A DNA stretch of 61,950 bases, counting the filler, from Choristocarpus tenellus KU-1152 (taxonomy: Eukaryota; Protista; Phaeophyceae): assembly GCA_964200185.2 (NCBI GenBank). It is 9 parts of 9 records of this genome, joined end to end, with 100 filler letters (N's around TTAATTAATTAA, not from the genome) between each part and the next. Parts side by side here need not be neighbours in the genome. Positions count along the whole stretch, not along the records: positions 11,879 to 18,246 come from CAXNAD020008288.1; positions 18,347 to 21,022 come from CAXNAD020025736.1; positions 21,123 to 29,699 come from CAXNAD020004571.1; 6 more parts are not named here. One strand, written 5' to 3'. A program made the translations under genes and the position numbers. Positions 12,530 to 24,600 of this stretch are shown piece after piece. Numbering within the stretch: the first letter of the stretch is position 1; each line of letters opens with the position of its first letter. The notes beneath the pieces are model-generated. The model searched no databases. It was not told where the DNA came from and saw nothing but the letters and a program-made list of their open reading frames with translations.

Positions 12530-14313
12530 TTGATTGAGGGATTCGCTAGAGATGCAGCGAAGTGTTACATGGAAAGAAGAAAAAGCCTCTCAACAAAAAA
12601 AAAGCGTCATAGAAAACGATTTTATTACTTCCTACTAACTAGTTCCTTCCGTTTTACAATTATTCTACAGGTAGTAGTAGTAGTACTAGTACTATGTATA
12701 TTCTTCTACTCTCAATTTTATTTCAAAACGCTCGAGGAGCTTACATTGATGGGATGTATATCTCCAATCCACAAGATTGGACATAGATGTTGAGGGTCTA
12801 AGACGGCGCCTCATGATGTATGACTGATAACCAAATAAATGGATGGTTATGAGATTGTTAGACAAACGTCTATTCTCAAGGTAAGTGCACAACGAAGACC
12901 AATAACAAAGGCATTATGATTAAGCTCGAATTGTAATCTGAAAACTCATGAGGTTTTAAATACTTCTAAAAACTGCCAAATTATCTCAAACTACACGTTT
13001 TACCCTGTGATTATGGTGACCAGAATGTTCCTCTATTATTGGACTGTGTAAGCGCACACTTCTTGTTCACTGCTCACGCTGGTTAGACTCCACGGAGCAA
13101 TTCATACGCTATTTGCCTCTCACATTTTCTGTTGTGTTTGGTCTTTGACTATGGGTCTTCGTAAGTTTCTGCACAAAGCTCCAAGTATCATTGCGCCACC
13201 ATTCATCGAACTAATAATATGCGCAAACCAATCAATCAATCGACATTTGAAAGGGCCAGGGAACACTCCCTTTTTGGCCACGTAACACAATCAATTTGGG
13301 CATGCCTCAATGCCCATTTTGCACACCAACTGAAAGTAAGTTGATCTATGCAACCTATCTATGTACGGATGAAGCAGAAAGCGCTGGCTAATCAACAAAA
13401 TTAACAAGAAATCAAGCCCAGAGCCACTCACTCCAGGCAGTCCGAAAAAATACGCAACAACAGAAAAGTGTTGGCCGACGTCAGCGAGAGAGGATAAGAA
13501 TGGTAAGAACACTGACCCAAGCGCAAGCACCACCAATCAATGAGGGGTTAAGTGGATTTTATGTGTAATCCTGGGCATGAAGCCAAGGGATTGAGTGGGC
13601 TTGCGACTGTCTACCCCGCAGAAATGGTTAGTGATGATAGTAGATGCCCAATCATCACTCCCTCCCATTTCCTCATTCACGCCCTGGCAACAGAACATAC
13701 TACGTAGCAATCTTTATGATGCAGTAACGAAACATACAAGTACCAAATCAAGAGATCGTAAGTCAAGAATTTCGACCCAAGAGAAAACTGAGGAGGAGCT
13801 TTAGGTGCGGATTGAATCACCTTTGCGACCAGATCCCCCTCTAGAAAAGGTTTAACTATCTCGGAGAAGATGGACAACCAAACATCAAATACTCCCATCT
13901 TCTCCTCTAACTACGCCCATTTAATGAACTCATCTATTATCTACTATCTGTGATTTTACAATAAATTGGTTCAGTGTCGTTTACCACATCATCATACAAC
14001 TGTTGAATACCTCTATATGTAATAGTACAACATACCACTAGTGTGTTTCATGACAAAGGAAAGTTATAAAAGGAGATTTTGTAGGTCGAGGTGTACCTTC
14101 AGAGGTTGCGCGAGCGATATGCCGCGCGAGAGTTTTCCCCACCACTCACTGTTTTAAGGTTGTGAGTGTGCCTTGACTTACATGTAAGATCAGGACTGGC
14201 GAAGGAATCATATTGCGTTCGTACTGCATTCGGGAGTTGCTAGATACCCTGACGTGCACAGGTGTAGAGGTGCTACTTCTGGCTTTAACTTTGCAACACG
14301 AGATTCCCAAGCG

Positions 14314-15656
14314 ATGTTGAAAGGCGCTTCAGCGTCGCGGGGTCCATCCCTCAGCAAGGCGTGGGAGGTGGTCAAGGCGCATAGAGGAGCCTACAGGTAG
14401 GACACCACTTGGATTGGTCTTTAGCGTTGCTGGTGTATTGAGTTATTTACTGAGCTGCATTGCCAACCTGCCATCCCTGATTGTGCGACCTTGAAGGAAG
14501 TTAGTGTTGTTCGTTATCACCATGCATTGTTATGTGGTTCCCAGATCCCGCATCTACATGGTAGCCGACGCTCTGGAGTGGTCTCTCTTGCTCAAGTAGT
14601 ACACGATGTTCCGCGAGTCTAATACCAATGGAGTCGCACATCGACGAGTGGTTGTGTAGTTGTGTTGTTTGCATTCACGTGATATTGTTTTGCTGTCCTT
14701 GGAGCGTCTCAGTGGTGAGGCAATCACCTCTCTTGACTCCTGCCCCAAGTCTAGAGACCCATTGTATCTCTGTAGTTATGAATCTCTGTATGTTGTCCAC
14801 ACCTTTTCCGTTTGAGTTGACTGCGGGCTTGACTGACTTCCCTCTTCCTCGTCTCTGCCTCTTTTACTAATACTAGTGGGGGCAAGGTTGAGCTTAGCGC
14901 TGATGGCACCTTCTTGGCTTGTCTGTATGAGGCGGATGTCTCGTTTTTGGATGTGGACAGGGGTGAGGTTACACGGAAGCTCCGACAAGACGAGGAAAAC
15001 GCTGGTGGCGAGGAGATTGTGAGTTTACAACCTCAACTAGTACCCTCCCAGGATAGTTGACTCCTTAGGAACCACCCAACCTTGATTGATGCTTTGATTT
15101 GCATATCAACCGCACATCGCAACCATATTGGTGTGATATGGACACAAGTATTTGTGATACTTGTTGCCGGGTGCACCACTCATGGAGCTGAATACTTGTT
15201 ATGAAAGTGTTCATTGGTAGTGGTGGCTGCTCACTCTAAAATATACGCAATATGATTGGAATGAGTTATCCCGAACCAACCTTGGGTCGCAGCATAGTAA
15301 TTATTCCAGTCATGGTGGGACTTCTTGCGTTTGGTTACCGAGCATGTCCTCTCCAAGGATGGTATGCAGTGTCTAGGACGCGCAAATTGAGCCCAGTCCT
15401 ACCACATTAGAACCCTACTCTTTACGCTCGCCTTTGAAAAATTCTCCTTGTTAACAGCTTCCTTCCTGGGGAAATATTCCACTGGTCACAACCTCATTGC
15501 TGTCATCAAGGTGTGCTTTGCCCTCCACCCCACCAGTGAGGAGATTGTGACTGCGAGCCGCAACTTACTTCTTCGCCACTGGGATTTGTCAACAGGAGAG
15601 TGCCGTCGGTCTATCAGGGCACATGATCTGCAGGTGCTGTGCATGGACTACGACAG
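14314..15656 (+). CDS. TBL3: UTP13/TBL3-like WD40 protein (U3 snoRNP), first three exons (3'-partial)
   Basis: In-phase GT-AG exons 14314-14396, 14877-15018 and 15511-15656: ...HRGAYSGGKVELSADGTFLACL...EEIVCFALHPTSEEIVTASRNLLLRHWDLSTGECRRSIRAHDLQVLCMDYD, typical of the UTP13 N-terminus. Confidence 0.8.
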
Positions 15657-18600
15657 GTTGGTTTATTTACACAGCATGGACAATGTAACATTCAAAACTG
15701 TGATATTCTCTTAACAAACACTCCATTGCAAAACATAAGCATCATTGAGTGATGCATATAATACTCTGGTTTAAAACATTTTTTTTGTGTATGTAACATT
15801 TAGTGAAGTATTCACACAAGTATCTCAGTGTGTTTTGGATGTCTTTTGTTGTCCAAGGCATGTTTATTCTGGTGTATTAATTTTTTTTTTGATTTTTTTT
15901 TGGCACTAAAGTAGGATCAGACTTGTGGCTTTTAACTTAAGGAGGAGACTGTGGTTAGGGATACCGCTTTTATAGTATGATAGAAGAAAAGAAGAGCATT
16001 AGGGTGACGAATAGTGTTGCAAATCACCATGAATTGATTGGATCACAATCAGAGTTAAAAATTGAGGAGTGATTTTCAATTAGTAATTTCTCTTGAACTT
16101 GAGGACACTGCGCACTCGACTCTCAGAACTGCATGGCATACAGGGCCTCACACACAATTTATTTTTAGTGAGTCAATTCAACTTACACTCGTCAATGCTT
16201 CCGATTCTCACCGCTACGATCCAAGCATGTTATCCCAACATCAAGAAAATGTTTAGAAAGATTAGAGGGGCAGGGGGTCTTGTGTGGGTTGAAGGTGTCT
16301 TGTTGGTTCAATGCCATGGACAAGTCAATCCATTGGTGTACATACATCTTTTTCATACATAGGACTTACCAGTGTTCCGGGGAGAACAACGCCTTGCCAA
16401 TGATGGATTCTGACTGTTGACCCCACCCATCACCCTACATGCAACCTTCTCCCCAAATCCCCCCTACTTCCAATCAAGTTGGGAGACAGGGTGGGGTGAG
16501 GGTGGATTGTTGCTGTGGGCTTGATTGGGCAGCTGGTGGGGTGTGGCCGGCCACGGTTTTCGTGGCTGCTTTGTCGCTACCACGCTGGTGCCGGGGTTGT
16601 CAGGCGGATGACAAAATATATCTGTATCCGTTGATGACCAACTAAATCCATTCTCTGAGGCAAGGTTGTGTTCTATTGTGTGTAAGGCGGTGTGTGTGTT
16701 GTAAGGGGAGTTACTGTTTATCACGTTTTGATGGTCAGAAGCAAGCGATGAAGTATTGTTGGGAAGAGATTGTGCCTTTTTGCTCACATTATGTATTATG
16801 TGTTGCTGTAGTAACTACTTTTTGCTAGATCAGAGGCGTGCTTGTTGAGCACGGGGTAGCATTTGGCTTGCTTAGTAGTGTTGACTTTAATGATGACTTT
16901 TCTGACCTTGTGCAAGACACGTGGCAGGTGGGATCTGTACTGATGGGATTGATAATCTGATGCACAAATTTGTTATGTTTGTTTTACGCATGATCTGGTG
17001 AATTAGTTGGTAATATCTATTTTTTTGTTTTTGGTTGCGTGTGTTTGCTATCTGACCGCTTTAGTACCTCCCCCTTCCCTGTACCACATCCTTTGGGCTT
17101 GCTCCTCCTAGCCCACTGCTTTGGTATTTATTTTTGGTGTGAGAGAGTAGATTGTAAATGTGTATCGTGGTGATCTACTGCCCTCTCTCCTTGCCTGGCC
17201 TCCCAAAATATTTGAATTTCGTTCAAGGAAGACAGAAAGAGTTATCTCCCAAATCTACACTTACGCACCCATCTCCTTGCCTTCCCCACCACAGTTTTTT
17301 TTTTCTCCCATGGCAATGTTAGTCTCGCATGTGTGTTGGTGAGGTGGTTATCTGAATATAGTTTTGCCGTAAGCACGATCGGCTGTGCTTATTTTGGGGG
17401 CAACTGCTTGCAAGGGAGATTATAAATCATTGTGTTTCAGGGTGTTTGTGCTTTCTCACTGTTTCTCTTTTTTGTGCATTGTGATCAAATGTCTCCGTGT
17501 ATGGGTTTGTCCGCTCAGTTAAAAAAAATAAAATAATTTGTGTTGTAGAAAAAAAAGTATTTCGAAGGATGTGGAGTGAAACCGTCCAAGCAGTGGATTG
17601 GTTTGGAACATTTTTGAGTTTCAAGACCTTTTTTGAGGCTTGGACGATAAGCGCACCGTGTACATGCTTTTTATACAGTTATCCCTGGTTGGGAGAGTGT
17701 GGTAGTAGAAGGAATATTATCTGTGAACTCATCGTTGCCCAAATTTAATCTACAGTGCTCAGACACCAGCATCACAAGGTATCCATAGGGGCCCTTAATA
17801 CTCAATGACATCCTCCTCTTTGGTGGTGATGGTATGTCTTGTGATTGCTTTTTCTATTCAAGAAGAGAAACTTGCTCTGCGCAGTCCCTTGCCTATCATT
17901 TTGTAGAATTTTTTGAACGGGGTTTGGTTTATCCTGTTGCCTCCCTCTTCTCCATAGTTCTGTTGAAAGGCCAAGGTTTGTGTTGACTGCCAATGACCTG
18001 AACTCATACTTTGCTCATGAACATGTTATTCAGTGTCAGTTGGTCTTGTTTTTTCCTTTCTCAATTCCTCTGAGTTAACACCAATGTTTGCTTCCCATTC
18101 ACCCCAGTCCCTGTCCTCTTTTTTTGAGAACAGGGTAGTTCTGTGTGAGAACTAGTTGATGCAATCCCCGCTGGCAAAGAATGTATCATCCTCCATTAAA
18201 ACAAAAGTACAAATAATCCCATCGATGGTCTGTCAACCCCCCCCCTNNNNNNNNNNNNNNNNNNNNNNNNNNNNNNNNNNNNNNNNNNNNTTAATTAATT
18301 AANNNNNNNNNNNNNNNNNNNNNNNNNNNNNNNNNNNNNNNNNNNNTTTTTTTTTAATATATATTGAAGGTGTGGGAAAAAAAGAAAAACAAACCAATTT
18401 AAAGGGTTATATTTTTTTTTCTTATAGAAAAAAAAAAAAAAAAAAAAAAAAAACTGAGAAAGTCGACCTGGCTTCTTTTGTATTCCAGGAAATTCTGTTG
18501 GGGCCGTGTCGATGCGTATCAGGTCATAAAATGTCGTGAGTTTTTATTTATGTTTTGTTGCTTTTTTTTCATACAAACAATTAAAATAGTGACATTTTTC

Positions 18601-20060
18601 ATCTTTATTCCAAGAGTTGTATCTGAAAAGAAGAGAAATATATGTGTGTGTTTTACTGTATTTTTTAGTAAAGAGGCCAATATTTTTCCTTTCTTTTGCC
18701 TGTGTTGTTAGCAGACACGACTTCAATCTGTCAGAAAGTGTGTGCCTCTGATTTTTCTTGGAAGATTTTTGTTTTTTTCAAATTACTCGTTTAATTTATT
18801 TTTTTTTGCTCGTTTTGAAAAAAAGAAAAAAAAAACTATGAAGGGACCAGTCCTCGTATCGCTCTTGGCCTTGAGTCGTCCTACATATATTCCTAGTCTG
18901 CCATTATTGCTATTAAAAAAAAAATCCTACAACAACCAAACTCCGATGCTCTCTACTACTACTATTGAGATGATCTTGCTAATATTGCTATTTTTGAGAA
19001 AAGAGTTCAGTACTTGTTCTCCGATCAAAAATGAAATGTGTGTGTATCTTGAATGGTAGTCAATGATGAAGTTGTTTCTGTTGTGGGCTCTCTTTGATCA
19101 TGAATGAACACAAGGAAGGGGTGTGTTCATTTTAAAAAAATTAAAATATTTAACTTTTGCTATTGCGTTGGGGGTTTTTTTTAATCTCGTCTGTTCCTTA
19201 CACTTTACCTTTTATTATATTGAGTTGTTTTTTTCAGCTTGCTGTTTACAATTACAACTATTTTATTATTTAATGAATATCCTTTATTATTATTATTATG
19301 TTTATTATTAACTTTTTCAGGTGTTTTAGAAAGCTTTGTAGGATTAATTTGGAATAAAAGTTCATATAAAAATTTTGTTAGAAGAGTAAATGGGTTATAT
19401 ACCCATTACTTTATAATATTATTATGAGCCTGTTCTTTAAGATTAAGAAATTCAGATATAATACTAAGGTCTTTCATCTGTTTTTTCATTTTCTCAAGTG
19501 GTTTATGTACATGTTTTCCATTGCAGCTGTTTCGGACTGCTTAGTGAGAAAAAAAAAATGTATCCTGTACATAAAAGGAATTCAATTATTACGTATTATT
19601 TTTTTTACATACTGAGGAGTGTGAATAGCGCCGATAGTAATGACTGTATCAATTGATTTTTTTTTAAATTGAATGCAATACTTGAGTTTGTCAGCCTATG
19701 GGTGACTTTTTTATTTATTTGTATCTCAGCTCTTGATTTATGGCATTGAGAAGGAAGCATGTACTAGTTAAGTTAGTACATGGCCATGATAGCAATAATC
19801 ATCTGGACCAAAATTAATGAAATTCTTAACTAACTCGCTTCAAAAAGTTACGAAAAAAATCATTTTTTGTTCAGTCTTTCCGAAGTACATAGGTATTATT
19901 CAAAAAAACTGTCTGTATCAAAAAAATATTTCAAAAATGAGTGTGTATGTGTGTGTATGCATGTATTTATTTATTTTGAAGTTCAGGTATGGCAATCGTT
20001 GCAACCAACAGATGCTTCCCTCCTTCACAGTGCTAACCCTTAACCCTTGCTCGAGATTTA

Positions 20061-20064
<4 letters not shown>

Positions 20065-20091
<27 letters not shown>
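20065..20091. repeat. (CT)n microsatellite
   Basis: Direct reading. Confidence 0.9.
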
Positions 20092-20326
20092 TGTATGAAT
20101 GCATATCAGTTTGTTTTTTTTGTATGCCATTGGAGACGGAAAAAAATTAGCACATGAAACAAAAGAGAAGAGATTTTTTGGTTAATCCCATTCATTGGTT
20201 GAACACTTCAAAATTTATGTGATATTTCCTCTCATTTTTTTTTTCTCCATTTGTACACGTGCGTGTGGTGGCGGGGGGGGGCTGTTTTGTGTTTTTTGCA
20301 TCTTTTGTTACTTTTTTTTTGTGCAG

Positions 20327-20383
20327 GGGATGACCATCCCTCACGTGGAGGTGTCAATGCAGGGGATGTTCGAGTACGGTCAG
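20327..20383 (+). CDS. Single internal exon of a PIF1-family DNA helicase
   Basis: Polypyrimidine tract + cag|GMTIPHVEVSMQGMFEYGQ|gt matches the (SQ)GMT...V.V....F..GQ(AYVALSR) motif V-VI region. Confidence 0.7.
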
Positions 20384-20460
20384 GTGTGTGTGTGTACCTG
20401 TGTGTGTGTGTGTGTGTGTGTATGTGTGTGTATGTGTATGTGTGTCTGTGTGTCTGTGTG
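20384..20460. repeat. (GT)n imperfect microsatellite
   Basis: Direct reading; source of the CVCV and HTHT ORFs. Confidence 0.9.
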
Positions 20461-21122
20461 CATCCTCTCATCTTGTCTCAGCGAAATGTGATACCATTTT
20501 TTTTTACACACATGTGCCTGTCTGCCAAGTTTTACATTTTATGAGAACAGTATCAAGAAAGGTGAGATAGGAACACAAGAAGCCTTTCACCCTATATCCC
20601 ATGCGAGTCATGAACCCTTGTCCCTTGCTACTGTTAATGCCACGAAGTGGTTCAAACACCTAGGAGTTAAGGGTTAGGACCAAGAAACCCTAACCTTAAT
20701 TACCACCCAGAAAAAAAAAAAAAAAACACCCTGAGTCCCTGACCATGACTGGCCCTTGCGGCGAGAGTCTCTCAAGTCACCACATCGAACAGCATACCAC
20801 CGTACCTCTTCTGACTAAAAAGATCAACTTCTTTTTCTGGCTTTTTGAGATACCCCTCGTTCGTTCAAACGCACGAGGTCCAGGTTTGTACGCAACCCAT
20901 CATATCTTGATCGGGTTTTACTCAGTGAAATGCAAAACTTACAACTCCAAGAAGACTCTTTAGTCCCCCCCCTGGAATGAAATGACTAACGTACCAACTA
21001 CACCGACCCTTGCTCCAACACANNNNNNNNNNNNNNNNNNNNNNNNNNNNNNNNNNNNNNNNNNNNTTAATTAATTAANNNNNNNNNNNNNNNNNNNNNN
21101 NNNNNNNNNNNNNNNNNNNNNN

Positions 21123-21201
21123 CAGATCATCCAAAAATCGCGACATGAAAAAATTTGTCCCAAATGGACAGCCGCCACCCCCCCCCCAGATACTTTGAGC
21201 C
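21123..21201. mobile_element. MITE family A half-copy at contig start
   Basis: aaaatcgcgacat...caaatggacagccgccacccc...cagatactttgagcc. Confidence 0.8.
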
Positions 21202-21529
21202 ATTCCTCATCCAACAGTGGGAAAGCACATCCTAACCGACAGCCCTCTTTATGTGCTAACCAAATCCCACTCATGCAACTAAACAAACCAATATCCAACC
21301 CTGGAACAGCCTAACCCATATCTCTCATTCTTCATCCTAACTGCACGACCAACATACATAAACCAATTAAGCCTGTTTGAACAGATTCGAAATCCGACAC
21401 ATGCAAACATTGAAACTCCTAACTAAACCCAAATAAATGGTGGCATATATTCTCATTCCTCTTGCGTACGCAAGGACAGAAAGGAACCTAACCAACAGTC
21501 CTCTTTTTTTTTGCTGACATTTCAAGTCC

Positions 21530-21622
21530 AACACGTGCGACCAAATCACACCAAAAAGTGAAAATCGAAAAAGGGTGAAAAACGAACACCGGCACCCCCC
21601 TCCCCCCCAGATACTTTGACCC
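21530..21622. mobile_element. MITE A-related subfamily, abutting or truncating the gypsy 3' LTR
   Basis: Ends in cccccccagatactttgaccc; the left boundary is not resolved. Confidence 0.65.
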
Positions 21623-24600
21623 TTTGATATTGGCGAGAAATCACCAATGACAAAGAAATGTGCGCGCAATACACTTGTGTGTGCGCACGGATGTGTATCT
21701 GGACAGAGATCAGCTCGACCTGTCCATCACATCACCCCCCCCCAGTGTAAGCTCTGTCTGCACACGAGAAAAAAAGGTGGCTGACAGTCCCGTGGGAGAA
21801 AAGAAAAAGAATCATCTGGGTATCCCAAGCATGTTCATGTAGCCAATTTGGAGGAGTACCTTGAAAGGATGTCCTCAACAGGGTTGGAACCTCAAAGTTG
21901 TTGATGATGGGAAACATCTTATTGTACCTTTAATTACCCAAGGGTTAAGATAACATCCCAGAAAATGTTGGTATCAAAGTGCTTGGGTCATTATGTTGAT
22001 CAAGCTACAATGCCTCAGCTAGTGTAAATATGAAATGGAAAACTATAGCTCCCTATTCTTGCTCATGGGTTGCACTAGGTCACAACAGATGTCTCAAGAG
22101 TAACTACACTGAGGCGGAGGGGTTTTAAGGAATTGGATCCGTGATTGCCTTTGTCGGTGAATCATTACCTTGAATTATTCCATTGCGTCCCTGAAAGCAA
22201 AAGGTTAAATATCCTGTGTTTGTCAGGAAAGGATTGTCCATTCTGGGGAATCTGTATACTGTCTAATCCTTTTGATTTGAACGTGAAAACTCGATTTCTC
22301 ACCTTCAAGTATTGTTGTTAATAACCCTTATATCCGGAGCTCTGGAGTGATGAGGTCCAGTTTTCTTCCAGTTCCAATCTTTTGCACTATGTGGAGCAGA
22401 AAACGTGTGCCCGCCTACGAGGAACACAGTCACCTCCCACCGAGTGAGCTCAAAATAAAATCTTATTTTCTTAAGGGGCAAACCATTAAGAGGGCCGAGG
22501 GACCCCAACGATTTCCTGATTAAGATAGAGGATTCAAACCTATAAATGACCATCCCGAGTATTCACATCAATTACTCTTTTTGCGGGTATGGTGAAAATA
22601 AGTTTGGAGATGAAAAAAGAGGTGCATGGGGATCTTCTTCCATTTGAAACTTGACAAAACAGGGATAAAGCCCTGACCACCCCATATGTGTATGGACCCA
22701 TCAATTTATCCATTTGAGTGTGGTTAAAAAATATGTGTGCACTTGTTAAGGAAAAAACGCCAACATAGCGGTAAATCGTCCACGAGATCGCCTTGAAGAA
22801 GGATTCAAACCTTCATATCTACCTCTTTTAGTGGAATATGATGTTGTATCAGGCCAGTAACCCACTTTGTGAGTAGTAGATGTAGCCACAGGGACATCAC
22901 CTTGAGGGTTCGAAGCAAGAGCATGTTGAATGTTCTCGACAACGATGGTGGCACTTGATTGAGTCAGGTGCGTTTGTGAAGAGTGTGATGGTTGTTCGGC
23001 TATTGCGGAAGAGGGTGGTGGAGAAGATTGAAAAGACTCTGGCATCGGTATACCTTGGTCACAGGGAGCTTTTGAAGACTTTAGCATCAGTGCACTTTGG
23101 TCAGGAGAAACATCCAGATTGTGTCGTGATCTGTATGATTCAATCATCTCTGCACACTGAGGAATTTCCTTTGCTTTCCGCCAGACATCACTAGCTGGGG
23201 CAACACCTCTAAATCTAAGCCAGTATGAATAGTTATGTGGGGGATTTACGACCCACTCTAGGTTTATGGTCTGCAATGCCCTCAACAAAGTATGATCCTA
23301 AAGTTGGTTGGACGCTTGAATCTTGTTTCTATATCTGGTTCAGGTATTATTCTGCCCCAAAATAAAGAATTAAGAGAGTCAATGTCTGGTTCAGGAGGGT
23401 GACCCTCTTTGTGTGGTTTAAGTCGTACTATATGCACAGTAATTTCTCGACGGTCGGCCTGCGCCTTTACACGGTAGACTACCGGAGTTATTTTCTGGGG
23501 CGCCAAAAATAGAAAGCACTCGTTCTGTTAATGTTTTTGCTATAGTTGCCTCTTATTTGTCAGGGATAGCACTGAGCAAAGCAAACCTCGTTAAATGGTC
23601 GACAGCAGACAAGACAATTAATATTTTTCTCTGCTTGAGTTTTGTACTTTACCAAATCAATTGCCACTCTCAGAAATGGACGTGTTACTGGCATATGCCT
23701 TGGAGGGTTTGATAGGTTGGACGGGGATGTCTTGTGACTTTTGCATGATTGACATGTTTCACACCAAGCTCGAACGTCTTTATGTAAAGTGGGCCACCAA
23801 AAACGGTCACGAATCCGGTCAAAAGTGTCCTTGAATGTAAGGTGTCCCGAGACCTTATGATCATGAAGGGCATGGAGTATTAAACTTTGTATCTCAATGG
23901 GTACCACTAATTATCTCGGAATTTATCGTTCTTTCGAAGGTGAGCGGGTTGATACGATTTGAATAACATATGTTTGCCCTCCATTTATTGTGTGAAAAAG
24001 TAAGACATGGTATACCTTGTTTCGTTTTTTGGTGAGAGGGCTTTTCCTGGATTAGCCAAATATTTGAAATAGTCTCCATATTGAGCATGTTGGGCTTTGA
24101 ATAGTACTTCAGGATCAACTGTTGAGAAAACATTAACGGCGCTAGTGAATAGTTCCGTATAATTTTGTACTCTGGTAATTTCACCTAGTTTATCCACTGA
24201 TAGATCATATGCAGGGTAAACCTTGGGTGTGGAGACATTCGACTTTGTTTGGCCTATTTTACGGCACAGTGGGGTTAGTGGAAGTGGTGTTTCATCCAAC
24301 ATTAATTCCTCCAACCGTGTCCAGGATAACATATCCGGAAATGTAATGTAAATGTCCCGGTTTATGTAAAACCGTGAAGTCAAAAGCTTGTAAGGCTAAG
24401 GCCCACCTGGTTAACATATTGGAAGTATCTTGCACTTTCTGTAACCAACATAATGCCGAAGGATCACTTATAACTGCAAAGTGTTTTCCCAAAATATATG
24501 GACGCCAATGTGTTATGGCAAGGATGACAGCCAGAAATTCTTTCTGAGTTACTGAATATCGTCTTTGGGTTGGCTTAAAAAGAGCACTATGGTAGGCTAC

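Noticed and set aside
18347-20130. Hydrophobic F/L/I/Y-rich ORFs
   Set aside because: By-product of AT-rich low-complexity DNA; no motifs
20195-20570. CVCV and HTHT repeat ORFs
   Set aside because: (GT)n microsatellite; only the 57-bp PIF1-like exon is supported
20665-20702. Telomere-like ttaagggttagg...ccctaaccttaa hairpin
   Set aside because: Too short, not a tandem telomere array
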